A stretch of 64,000 nucleotides of DNA from an uncultured Mollicutes bacterium (GTDB lineage: Bacteria; Bacillota_I; Bacilli_A; RF39; UBA660): NCBI GenBank assembly GCA_947652375.1, contig CANTCS010000004.1:542-64541 (forward strand), given 5' to 3'. The notes under the pieces were generated by a model. The model had not been told where the DNA came from. It did no database searches and saw nothing but the letters and a program-made list of their open reading frames with translations. Below, piece after piece: positions 43,576 to 54,096 of the stretch (the first letter of the stretch is position 1; the number at the start of each line of letters is the position of its first letter). The position numbers were made by a program, and so were the translations under genes.

Positions 43576-46203
43576 ATGAAAGATAAAAATTATTATTCCA
43601 TGAGTAAAGATGAAATATATAAAAAACTACAAACAAGTGATGATGGTTTAACAGCTAAAGAAGCAGAAAAAAGATTATTAAAATATGGTAAAAACGAATT
43701 ACCTAAGAAAAAAGCTGACAGTATATTAAAAATATTTTTTAATGAACTATTAGATCCCATCGTTCTATTATTAATAGTAGCAATTGTTGCATCTTTTATG
43801 GTCGGGGAAGTTGTAGATGCAATTGCAATTATCTTTATTATTAGTATTGATTTAATAATGGGAACTTATCAAGAGAAAAAAGCTTCAAATACTGCAGAAG
43901 CTTTGCAACACCTCGTAAAAGAAAAAGTAAAAGTACAAAGAAACTCAAAAGAAATTCTCATTGATTCAACAGAATTAGTTTTAGGGGACTATGTTTATTT
44001 AGAATCAGGTGATAAAATATCAGCAGATTTGAGAATATTAGAAGCCCACAACTTTACAGTAGATGAATCAATATTAACAGGAGAAAGTTTAGCCATTGAA
44101 AAAAATTCTAAAGTTTTAGCTAACAAAAAAATTTCATTAAATCAAAGAACTAATATGTTATTTGCTGGAACAAGTGTTGTAACTGGTCGAGCAAAAGCTA
44201 TCGTTGTTCATACTGCCCTTGATACAGAGATAGGTAATATAGCTACTACCTTAAATAATACCAAAGAAGAAAAATCTCCATTAACAATTAGAGTAGAAAA
44301 ATTTTCCAAACAAATTACAATTTTAATAGCAATTATTTCAGTTATCATAGCCATAATTTTAGGAATTAAAAATTTTCCCTTTGATGAAATTTTATTATCA
44401 GTTGTAGCTCTTGGTGTTTCAGCAATGCCAGAAGGATTACCTTTAGCCTTAACTATGGCTTTAACAATAGCATCAAATAAAATGTCCAAGCATAAAGTAG
44501 TTGCTAAAAAACTTAATTCAATCGAGTCTCTAGGTAGCTGTACAGTAATTGCCAGTGATAAAACAGGAACTTTGACAGTAAATGAACAAACAGCTAAAAA
44601 AATTCTCTTACCAAATGATTATGAATACTTAGTAACAGGATCTGGTTATTCCATTAATGGAAGTGTTACTGGAGAAAAATTAAACTACGCTAAAGAATTA
44701 GCTCTATTAGGAGTTATAAATAATGAAGCAAAATTTTCCAATGATACTAAAATAGGAGATTCAATAGATATTGCCTTTCTTGTACTTGGAGAAAAAATGA
44801 AAGTTAAAACAAATGATACAAAAATCCTTGAGACAATCCCTTATGAATCTGCTAATAAATATTCAGCAGTTTTCTATGAAAAAAATAATGAAGTATATTG
44901 TACCATCAAAGGATCATTAGAAGTTGTAACCTCTTTTTGTAAAAGTATTAATTTAAAAAAAGAATTTAATTTAAATAGAATAGAAGAACAAAATGAAAGT
45001 TTAGCTAAAGATGGTTATCGAGTTATAGCTATTGCTAATGGTAAAATAACTAAAAAAGATAATTATAATAAGAATGATATAAAAGATTTAAAATTTATGG
45101 GTTTAGTAGGCTTTATCGACCCAATTAGAAAAGAAGCTGTACAAGCTATAAAAAAATGTACACTTGCAGGTATAAAAGTTTTAATGATTACAGGAGACCA
45201 TCCTTTAACTGCTTTTAAAATTGCTAAAGATTTAAAATTAACAACTAACTATGATGAAGTTACAAACGGTGAAGAAGTTGACAAATATTTAGAAAAAAGT
45301 ACACAAGAGTTTGATCAATTCGTAAAAAGTAAAAAAATATTTACTAGAGTTACACCAATTCAAAAACTTAAAATAGTTGAATCTTTAAAAAGACAAGGCG
45401 AGTTTGTTGCAGTAACAGGTGATGGGGTAAACGATGCTCCTGCTCTTCGTGCAGCTAATGTAGGAATTGCTATGGGAAGTGGAACAGATATTGCTAAAGA
45501 AACAGCTAAAATGATTGTAATTGATGATAATTTTAAATCAATTGTTAACGGAGTATTAGAGGGTAGAGTAGCTTATTCTAATATTCGAAAAATAATTTAC
45601 TTTCTGATTTCTAACGGTTTAGCCGAAGTACTTTTCTTTACCTTATCAATTTTATTAGATATGCCAATGCCATTAGTTGCTATTCAATTACTATGGCTAA
45701 ATGTCGTTACAGATGGAATTCAAGATTTTGCTTTATCTTTTGAAAAAGCCGAGAAAAATATTATGAAAGAAAAACCACGAAATCCCAAAGAAAATCTTTT
45801 TGATAAAATACTGATTGAAGAAATATTTGTATCTGGTATCTCTATAGGTTTAATAGTATTTGCTCTTTGGTTTTATCTTATAAATTTTGTCAAAATGGAT
45901 GTAGCAAGTGCCAGAGGTTATGTAATGGCTTTAATGATTATTATCCAAAACATTCATGCCTTTAATTGTCGTAGTGAAAAAGCAAGTGCTTTTACTGTAC
46001 CAATTACAAATAATTTAATTTTCTTATTTGGAATAATTGGCTCTGTAATTTTAGGAATTGCAGTTATGGAAATAGATATCTTATCCATGTTTTTAAAAAC
46101 AACATCAATTCCTTTGATTAATTTACTTAATTTATTTTGTTTAGGTTTTTGCATTTTTATAATAATGGAAATATACAAAATAATAAAATTTCATAAAAAA
46201 TAG
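43576..46203 (+). CDS. P-type cation-transporting ATPase (Ca2+-ATPase-like, P2 type)
   Basis: DKTGTLT phosphorylation site, TGES, TGDGVNDAPAL and 10 predicted TM helices. Confidence 0.93.
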   Translation: MKDKNYYSMSKDEIYKKLQTSDDGLTAKEAEKRLLKYGKNELPKKKADSILKIFFNELLDPIVLLLIVAIVASFMVGEVVDAIAIIFIISIDLIMGTYQEKKASNTAEALQHLVKEKVKVQRNSKEILIDSTELVLGDYVYLESGDKISADLRILEAHNFTVDESILTGESLAIEKNSKVLANKKISLNQRTNMLFAGTSVVTGRAKAIVVHTALDTEIGNIATTLNNTKEEKSPLTIRVEKFSKQITILIAIISVIIAIILGIKNFPFDEILLSVVALGVSAMPEGLPLALTMALTIASNKMSKHKVVAKKLNSIESLGSCTVIASDKTGTLTVNEQTAKKILLPNDYEYLVTGSGYSINGSVTGEKLNYAKELALLGVINNEAKFSNDTKIGDSIDIAFLVLGEKMKVKTNDTKILETIPYESANKYSAVFYEKNNEVYCTIKGSLEVVTSFCKSINLKKEFNLNRIEEQNESLAKDGYRVIAIANGKITKKDNYNKNDIKDLKFMGLVGFIDPIRKEAVQAIKKCTLAGIKVLMITGDHPLTAFKIAKDLKLTTNYDEVTNGEEVDKYLEKSTQEFDQFVKSKKIFTRVTPIQKLKIVESLKRQGEFVAVTGDGVNDAPALRAANVGIAMGSGTDIAKETAKMIVIDDNFKSIVNGVLEGRVAYSNIRKIIYFLISNGLAEVLFFTLSILLDMPMPLVAIQLLWLNVVTDGIQDFALSFEKAEKNIMKEKPRNPKENLFDKILIEEIFVSGISIGLIVFALWFYLINFVKMDVASARGYVMALMIIIQNIHAFNCRSEKASAFTVPITNNLIFLFGIIGSVILGIAVMEIDILSMFLKTTSIPLINLLNLFCLGFCIFIIMEIYKIIKFHKK

Positions 46204-46241
46204 ATTATTATGGTATAATACTTTAAATGGGAGTGGTGAAT

Positions 46242-48233
46242 ATGTTACATCATACAAAAAAAGAAGAAGAAATAAATCATCAAAAAATAATAGATCAAAT
46301 AAGATGTTTAGGTCTTGATATGATAAATGAGGCAAAAAGTGGTCATCCAGGAATTGTTTTAGGAGCAGCCCCAATAATCTATAGTTTATACGCCAATCAT
46401 TTAAGAATCGATCCCAAAAATCCTAAATATTTTAATAGAGACAGATTTATAATGTCTGCTGGACATGGAGCTGCACTTTTATATGCAACATTGTATATGG
46501 CAGGATTTGATTTAGAAATAGAAGATTTAAAAAGATTTCGTCAAATTGATTCTAAAACTCCAGGACATCCAGAGTATAATGTAACACCAGGAGTTGACTG
46601 TACTACTGGACCATTAGGACAAGGATTCGCAACAGCAGTAGGAATCGCAATGGCAGAAGCAAATTTAAGAAGTAGATATAACAAAAGTAAAACTAAGCTT
46701 ATTGACTTCAATACGTATGTTTTATGTAGTGATGGAGATTTAATGGAGGGTATCTCATATGAAGCCTCATCCTTAGCAGGAACTTTGAAATTAAATAAGC
46801 TAATAGTTTTATATGATTCAAATAATATCTGTTTAGATGGAAAAACATCAGATACTTTTAACGATAATGTTGCTATGCGTTTTATTGCTCAAGGTTGGAA
46901 TGTAATGACTGTAGAAGATGGAGAAAGTTATGAATTAATTTCTGAAGCTATTGAAGAAGCCAAAAAAAGTACTGATAAACCAACTTTAATTGAAATTAAA
47001 ACCACAATAGGAAAATATTCAGCTTTAGAAGGTACTAATTCCGTTCATGGAACTCCGTTAACAAAAGAAGATCTTTCAAATATAAAAGAAAAATTAGGAA
47101 TGCGCGATATAAGTTTTGCTATTTCTCAAAATACATGTGATGATTTCAAATTATTAATTAATAAAAGATGTAAAAATTTAAATGAGAAATTTTTAGATAA
47201 AATAAAACGTTTAAAAGAACAAGATCAAAATGAACTTAATTATTTTATGAATGATAACAAAAAAATTGATTTTGTCGATTTAATATATGAAGCACCTGAA
47301 AATAAAGAAGAAGCTCCAAGAGATACTTCATCAAAAATACTTAACTCTATAGTGAAAAAATATCCTTATTTAATCGGAGGTTCAGCTGATTTATTTTCTT
47401 CTAATAAAACTTATATAGAAGAAGGAGGTAATTTTACAGCTGATAATTATTTAGGAAAAAATATATTTTATGGTGTAAGAGAACATGCTATGGGAGCCAT
47501 AACTAATGGTTTCAGTTTATGTGGATTCAAACCTTATGCTTCAACATTCTTAACATTTAGTGACTATTTAAAACCAGCATTACGACTAACATCTCTTATG
47601 AATCTTTCAAATATTTTTATTTTTACTCATGATTCGATTAGTGTAGGAGAGGATGGTCCCACTCATCAACCAGTCGAGCAATTACTTGACTTAAGAGTTC
47701 TTCCTAATATGGATGTCTTTAGACCTGCTGATGCTAATGAAGTAATAGGCTCTTATAAGACTATTCTAGAAAAAGAGCAAGGACCAAGTGCTATAGCCTT
47801 ATCTAGAAATACTCTTCCTATTTTAGAATATACCAAAGCAAATGAAGTTGAAAATGGCGGTTATATCTTAATTGATTCTATGAAAAAACCAGATGGAATA
47901 ATTATATCTAGTGGGGAAGAGTTACATCAAGTTATTAAAGCTACGCAAATTTTAAAAACAAAAGGAATCGACATCAGAGTTGTTTCTATGCCAAATTTAA
48001 ATAGGTTTTTAAAACAAGACACTGAATATATTGAAAATATTCTTCCTGTAGAAATAAGAAAAATAGTTGTAGAAACTTCACCATCTTATTCATGGAATAG
48101 TTTGATTTTTAATCAAAAATACATTATTACTCAAGAAGACTTTGGAGTTTGTGGAAAATGTGAAGATATTTATAAAAAGTTTGGTTTTGATGCTGAAACT
48201 TTAGCAACTAAATTAGAAGATCTACTAAAATAA
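46242..48233 (+). CDS. tkt: Transketolase
   Basis: SGHPG, the GDG thiamine-diphosphate motif (CSDGDLMEG) and the full three-domain length. Confidence 0.95.
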   Translation: MLHHTKKEEEINHQKIIDQIRCLGLDMINEAKSGHPGIVLGAAPIIYSLYANHLRIDPKNPKYFNRDRFIMSAGHGAALLYATLYMAGFDLEIEDLKRFRQIDSKTPGHPEYNVTPGVDCTTGPLGQGFATAVGIAMAEANLRSRYNKSKTKLIDFNTYVLCSDGDLMEGISYEASSLAGTLKLNKLIVLYDSNNICLDGKTSDTFNDNVAMRFIAQGWNVMTVEDGESYELISEAIEEAKKSTDKPTLIEIKTTIGKYSALEGTNSVHGTPLTKEDLSNIKEKLGMRDISFAISQNTCDDFKLLINKRCKNLNEKFLDKIKRLKEQDQNELNYFMNDNKKIDFVDLIYEAPENKEEAPRDTSSKILNSIVKKYPYLIGGSADLFSSNKTYIEEGGNFTADNYLGKNIFYGVREHAMGAITNGFSLCGFKPYASTFLTFSDYLKPALRLTSLMNLSNIFIFTHDSISVGEDGPTHQPVEQLLDLRVLPNMDVFRPADANEVIGSYKTILEKEQGPSAIALSRNTLPILEYTKANEVENGGYILIDSMKKPDGIIISSGEELHQVIKATQILKTKGIDIRVVSMPNLNRFLKQDTEYIENILPVEIRKIVVETSPSYSWNSLIFNQKYIITQEDFGVCGKCEDIYKKFGFDAETLATKLEDLLK

Positions 48234-48279
48234 ACAAAAATAGACATTTTATTTTGATACCATTAATATGGTGATAAAA

Positions 48280-48711
48280 ATGAAAGTCTATTATGCTTTT
48301 AAGTTAAAAACTGAATTTTTAAATCTTTATAAAGATAAGCCTAGTGTACTCTATAGTATTTTAAAAAGTATTTATTTTTTAGATAAAAGTGATGTTGCGT
48401 ATGGTTATAACTTATTTAAACAATTGATTACCCCATTACGAAAAAATAATATCGATCGTAACATTTTTATAAAATTACATAAAGAATATCCATATATTAA
48501 AAGAGAAAATATTCATTATATAAATAATTTTTATAAAGATGAAGTAAGTAGATTGATAATTAATAATTATTATATTAGATTAGAATTGGATCAAGATTTT
48601 TCTAGTTTCTTTTCCATTTTATATGATGAAATAGATAATTTATTTGTTTGTAATTTTAAACAGACTGATTTTTTCTTTTTAAAAGAATATCTGAGAAAAG
48701 AACTTGTCTAA
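48280..48711 (+). CDS. sirA: SirA-like protein (sporulation inhibitor of replication), assigned mainly by synteny
   Basis: ~143 aa ORF lying between tkt and yneF, exactly as in B. subtilis tkt-sirA(yneE)-yneF. The N-terminus YYAFKLKTEF resembles SirA. Confidence 0.45.
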   Translation: MKVYYAFKLKTEFLNLYKDKPSVLYSILKSIYFLDKSDVAYGYNLFKQLITPLRKNNIDRNIFIKLHKEYPYIKRENIHYINNFYKDEVSRLIINNYYIRLELDQDFSSFFSILYDEIDNLFVCNFKQTDFFFLKEYLRKELV

Positions 48712-48755
48712 ATATTCTTATTTATGTAAAATAGAAGTTAAGGAGATGATTTTTT

Positions 48756-48965
48756 ATGTTACATGATATTTTAATTTTGTCAGCAGGACTTTTATTAGGT
48801 TTAGTAATAGGTTTCTTTGGAGCTAAATATTTTATGAAGAAATATTTAAAAAAGAACCCTCCAATTAATGAAAATATGATTAAAACATTAATGATGCAAA
48901 TGGGCAGAAAACCTAATCAAAAACAAATTAATCAAATGATGAAAGCTATGGAAAAATATCAATAA
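48756..48965 (+). CDS. yneF: UPF0154 small membrane protein YneF
   Basis: 69 aa, an N-terminal TM helix then [23 protein letters not shown]..., typical of YneF. Confidence 0.85.
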   Translation: MLHDILILSAGLLLGLVIGFFGAKYFMKKYLKKNPPINENMIKTLMMQMGRKPNQKQINQMMKAMEKYQ

Positions 48966-49053
48966 TTAATATGTAGAGAAATTTACATATTTTTTATTGT
49001 AAAATAAAAAGAATAATGATATTATACTAAAAAAAGTTTAGGAATGTGATAGT

Positions 49054-49611
49054 ATGGCAGGAAAGAGAGAAGAATATCTTAGTTGGGAAGAGTATTATAT
49101 GGGAATAGCTCTTTTAGCATCAATGAGAAGTAAAGATCCACATAATCAAATTGGGGCCTGCATCGTTGATGAAGAAGAACATCAAATTTTATCAATTGGT
49201 TATAATGGTTTAACTAAAGGTATGAATGATGATTTATTTGATTGGCTTTCAACAGGAGAAGCTACAAATAATAAAAAACATATTAAAGATTATTATGTTA
49301 TACATGCAGAGAGAAATGCAATTTTAAACTTTTCAGGTGATAAAAAAATCTTACAAGGAAAAACTTTATATGTAACTTGGTCACCTTGTACAGAATGTAT
49401 AAAAGAAATTATTCAAGTTGGAATCTCCAAAATTATCTATTTAAGAGAATACTCAAAAAAAGATTTAATTGAAATTGGTAATATAATGTTAAATTGTGCT
49501 GATGTAATAATAGAACCTTATAATAAAAAAAGAGAAATTTCTAAAGAAGAATTTGCAAAAACAACAGCGAATATACAACAGAAAATAAAGAAATTAGGTG
49601 AATGGAAGTAA
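49054..49611 (+). CDS. comEB: dCMP deaminase (ComEB family)
   Basis: Zinc motifs HAERNA and PCTEC. Confidence 0.9.
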   Translation: MAGKREEYLSWEEYYMGIALLASMRSKDPHNQIGACIVDEEEHQILSIGYNGLTKGMNDDLFDWLSTGEATNNKKHIKDYYVIHAERNAILNFSGDKKILQGKTLYVTWSPCTECIKEIIQVGISKIIYLREYSKKDLIEIGNIMLNCADVIIEPYNKKREISKEEFAKTTANIQQKIKKLGEWK

Positions 49612-49671
49612 CTATTCAGTCGAGTACTTTTATTTTTAAATTTTTTAAAATAGTTAGTAGATGGTGATTAA

Positions 49672-50475
49672 ATGAATTTTTTATATTTAAATAAAATGGT
49701 TGAATATATCGAAGATAATATTGATGACTTCATAGATTATAATATGCTTAGTAAAATAGTGAATACTAATATATTTATTCTTGAAAGAATTTTTATGTTT
49801 TTAACAAATATGACAATAAATGAATATATAAAAATGAGAAGATTAAGTAAAGCTTTTGAAGATATAAGAAATACAGATAAAAAAATTATAGATATAGCTT
49901 TAAAATATCAATATAATTCAGCAACATCTTTTAATAGAGCTTTTAAAAAATTATTCAATATAACTCCAAGTGAATGCAGAAAAAGTGACGGTATTTATAA
50001 AATTATACCTAAATTATATTTTGAATCTAATAATAAAATTTATAATTTTGACTATAATATAAAAAAAATAAATTCTATAAGTTTGTATTGCTATCATGTA
50101 AAAGCAGAATCACATTCTAATTTATTGTACAAAATTAAAGAGTTATATGAAAAAATTAAAATTAATGGTAGATATGAACAATTTAATGAAACAGGAATGT
50201 ATGGCATATTTTCTAAAGAAGAAAATATTTATCATTATTATTTAGGTCCTACTTTGTCTTTTTTAGATTTAGAAATTTTAAAGCTAGAAGAAAATCAATA
50301 TGCAGAGTTTAAACTTAATACAAGAAATCAAGAAAAAATTGTAGCATTACAAGATAGAATTAATAAGCAATGGATACCATCAACGAATTATAATGTTAAA
50401 AACAATTTAAAAATCGAATTATATAAAAAAGAAGAATGTTTTATATATTTACCTATAAATAGTTTACAATTTTAA
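49672..50475 (+). CDS. AraC-family transcriptional regulator with a GyrI-like effector domain
   Basis: HTH_18 signature (YNSATSFNRAFKKLFNITPSECRK) plus a ~150 aa C-terminal SOUL/GyrI-like region. Confidence 0.85.
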   Translation: MNFLYLNKMVEYIEDNIDDFIDYNMLSKIVNTNIFILERIFMFLTNMTINEYIKMRRLSKAFEDIRNTDKKIIDIALKYQYNSATSFNRAFKKLFNITPSECRKSDGIYKIIPKLYFESNNKIYNFDYNIKKINSISLYCYHVKAESHSNLLYKIKELYEKIKINGRYEQFNETGMYGIFSKEENIYHYYLGPTLSFLDLEILKLEENQYAEFKLNTRNQEKIVALQDRINKQWIPSTNYNVKNNLKIELYKKEECFIYLPINSLQF

Positions 50476-50533
50476 TATTTAAAATGTAGTGCAAGAGAAT
50501 TTTAAACATACTATACTTTTATTGGTGAATATT

Positions 50534-52229
50534 ATGTTTAAAAGAAATAAAAAAATTATAAAAGACTATTTTTCATTAGTAAAATTTAAGAATAAATATT
50601 TAATACTATTTATAATAGTTGATTTAATTAATGTTTTAGTTGGTTTATTGATACCATATTTTATGTCAATTATAGTTAATAAAGTAACTAATAATTTTTA
50701 TTTTGAAGCATTTATTTTTGTTGTTTTTTTAGGTTTAAGCTTTTTATTTAATAAAATTCTTTCTTATTATACTAATTGGACTTATGCTAATTTTTTTAAA
50801 GAGATTTATGTAGATATACATCGATTATTAGTAAGTAGTATCTGTAATTATGATTTTTTAAAATTAAAAAAATTATCTATTGGAAAAGTTATTCATTCTT
50901 CAAATATGGATATTATAAATATTGCTGAAATGCCTTCATTTTTTATTAAAATTTTTTTTGAGGTAATTAAATTAATTATTATATATTTTGTATTTTTTAG
51001 ACAAAATATAATTATAGCTCTTTATGTTATTGCAATTAATGTGATATATTATAAATATTTCGAAAGGATATAATCATAAGAGTATATTTTATTTAAAGAA
51101 ACAGAGAAAATATGCTGATAAATTAATTGAAGTGGTTAGTGAGATTATTGAGGGATTTAAGGATATTAAATGTTTTGGAATAGGTGATAAATTAAACAAA
51201 AAATTAAATTTATATAGAAGTAAGTGGCAAGAAAGTTACTTTTTTAAAAGAAAGTATAATTTTACTCGAAAAACATTAGTAGGTCTAATAATTGATTTTG
51301 GAAAAATAGGTTTATTAATTATTATGGTAATAATGATTTCAAAAGATAAAATGGATATTGCTATGTTTTTATTATTAATTTCTTATTTTGATAAAATAAA
51401 AGAAGCAACTAATAATATAATTAGTTTTGATGTTTCAATTATGGAAGAGGCTGTTTGTTTATATAGAATAAGAGATATTATATTTTATAAAAATAAATTG
51501 ACGGGGTTATATGGTAGAAAGCATAAGAGTAATGTTTTAGGTTTTGTAGAATTTAGAAATGTATCTTTTAAATATAGTCAAGATTTTATTTTGAAAAATA
51601 TTTCATTTTGTACAAATCCACAAAGCATAACCGCAATTGTTGGTAAAACAGGAGTGGGGAAAACTACTATATTTAATCTTCTTTTAAAATTAATCAAAGT
51701 AAAAAAAGGTGAAATTTTTATTGATAATATTAATATTTATGAATATTCTTTGGATATTTATAATTCAATAGTTACTGTTGTAAATCAAAAAACATTTATT
51801 TTTAATATGAGTATTAGAGAAAATTTATCACTAATTGATACTAATAAAAAAAGACAAATTGAAGTTTGTAAGAAAGTTGGAATTCATGATTTCATAATGT
51901 CTTTACCGCAAGGATATAATACAATTTTAAAAGATGATGCAACTAATATTAGTGGAGGACAAAAACAATTATTATCTTTAGCTAGAGCATTACTTTCTAA
52001 TACTAAAATAATACTTCTTGATGAAGTAACATCTTCATTAGATCCTAATACAAAAGAGCAAATTATAAAACTTTTAGAAGAATTAAAAATTAATCATACA
52101 CTTATTGTTATAACGCATGAGATGGAATTAATGAAAATAGCCGATAAAATTATCATGTTGGAAAATAAATATGTAAAAAGTTTCAATACAATGGAAGAAA
52201 TGATAAGCAATAAGAAAAAATCAAACTAA
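50534..52229 (+). pseudogene. ABC exporter (fused TMD-NBD) interrupted by a frameshift
   Basis: The TMD N-terminal part ends at TAA 51071-51073. The same protein continues in another frame from about 51069 (YNHKSIFYLKKQRKYADKLIE...). NBD motifs GKTGVGKTT, LSGGQKQ, ILLDE. Confidence 0.8.
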
Positions 52230-52326
52230 ATATTTTATAATAATTCATAAATAGACATACAGTTTTATTTATGATAATATAAAAGAAAATGTCTACAGTA
52301 ACTAAAATAATTATAGGAGGAAGAGA

Positions 52327-54087
52327 ATGAAAGACTTTAAAGAAAAACTTAGTTTAGTTCCAACCAAACCAGGAAGTTATCAAATGAAAAACAAAGATGG
52401 AATAATAATTTATGTTGGAAAAGCTAAAAATTTACAACGTAGACTTAGAAGTTATTTTACAAGAACAGTTACTGGAAAGACTAAAATGCTAGTTGAAGAT
52501 ATAGATGATTTTGAGTATATTGTTACATCAAGTGAATTAGAAAGCTTGATACTAGAAATTACTTTAATTAAAAAATATGATCCAAAATATAATATTCTTC
52601 TTCGTGACGATAAATCTTATCCATACATTGAATTAACTAATGATAAATTTCCAACACTTAAAGTTGTACGCAATGTTAAAAGAAAAAAGAATAAAAATCA
52701 CTTATACGGACCATATCCTAACGTTAGTGCTGCAAGAAAAACAGTTAATATTATTAATCGTATTTATCCATTACGAAAATGTGATAATTTAAAGAAAGAT
52801 TTATGTCTTTATTTTCATATAAATGAATGCCTAGGTTATTGTAAAAAAGAAGTAGATACTGAAAAAATTGCTTTGATGAAAAAAGAAATAATTTCTTTTC
52901 TAAAAGGAGATAGTTCGATTATAGCAAATAAAATAGAAAATGAGATGCAACGAGCTAGTGAAAATCTAAATTATGAACGAGCTTTAGAATTAAAAAATAT
53001 GCTTGAAGATATCGATACAACTTTAAAGAAACAAAAAATCGACTTAAACAAGAATTATAATTTTGACTTAATTAATTATTATTATGAAAATAATTATTTA
53101 GCCATAGAAATTTTCTTTATAAGAGAGGGACTTCTTTTTGGACGTCACAATGAAATTATATCCTCACTTGGAGATATCTCTAATGAAATTACTGAGTATT
53201 TAGTAAAATTTTATGATAAAGGAATATTACCACGTGAATTAGTAATACCTAATGAATTAGATGAAGAACTTCTTAGTAATTATTTTAATATAAAAGTTGT
53301 AAAACCTCAAAAAGGTAAATTGAAAAATTTAGTAAATTTAGCCTATGAAAATGCCAAAGAACAATTAGAACTTGAAAAAGAAACATTAAAAAGAGATGAT
53401 GACGAAAGATTAAATGCTTTAAATGAGTTAAAAAACTTATTACAATTAGATAAATTAAGTCGTATGGAATCATTTGACAATTCACATTTATTTGGAACTT
53501 TTTATGTTGGAGGAATGGTTGTTTTCGATGATTTTTTACCCAATAAAGATTTATATCGTAAATATAAAATTTCTACGGAAGTTAAAGATGATTTATCAGC
53601 AATGAAAGAAGTTATTTATAGGCGTTATTTTAAAACTTTAATGGAAGAATCTTATAAACCCGATCTAATTGTAATGGATGGAGGTAAATTACAAATAAGT
53701 GTTTGTAAAGAAATAATTGATTCTTTAGGTTTAAAAATTCCTATAATTGGTTTAGTAAAGGATAAAACACATCGTACTAGTTATATAATGAATGATAAAT
53801 ATGAAATTTTAAATGTAAGTAAAGATTCTAAGTTGTTTTTATTCTTAACAAGAATTCAAGACGAAGTCCATCGCTTTGCAATAAGTTATCATCGTAATAT
53901 TAAAGCCAAAGGAGCATTATCAAGCATTTTAGATGTAGTGCCAGGAATAGGAGAAGTGCGTAAAAAAGAATTGTTAAAACATTTTGGTTCTCTAAAAAAG
54001 ATTAAAGAAGCATCGATTGAGGAGTTAAGTAATATTGTAGGGAATGAGATTGCAACAAATTTATTAAATTATTTAAAAGAAGTGTAG
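52327..54087 (+). CDS. uvrC: Excinuclease ABC subunit C
   Basis: GIY-YIG N-terminus (GSYQMK..IIYVGKAKNL), UVR domain, endonuclease V-like region and C-terminal HhH. Confidence 0.96.
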   Translation: MKDFKEKLSLVPTKPGSYQMKNKDGIIIYVGKAKNLQRRLRSYFTRTVTGKTKMLVEDIDDFEYIVTSSELESLILEITLIKKYDPKYNILLRDDKSYPYIELTNDKFPTLKVVRNVKRKKNKNHLYGPYPNVSAARKTVNIINRIYPLRKCDNLKKDLCLYFHINECLGYCKKEVDTEKIALMKKEIISFLKGDSSIIANKIENEMQRASENLNYERALELKNMLEDIDTTLKKQKIDLNKNYNFDLINYYYENNYLAIEIFFIREGLLFGRHNEIISSLGDISNEITEYLVKFYDKGILPRELVIPNELDEELLSNYFNIKVVKPQKGKLKNLVNLAYENAKEQLELEKETLKRDDDERLNALNELKNLLQLDKLSRMESFDNSHLFGTFYVGGMVVFDDFLPNKDLYRKYKISTEVKDDLSAMKEVIYRRYFKTLMEESYKPDLIVMDGGKLQISVCKEIIDSLGLKIPIIGLVKDKTHRTSYIMNDKYEILNVSKDSKLFLFLTRIQDEVHRFAISYHRNIKAKGALSSILDVVPGIGEVRKKELLKHFGSLKKIKEASIEELSNIVGNEIATNLLNYLKEV

Positions 54088-54096
54088 GTGTATTTA

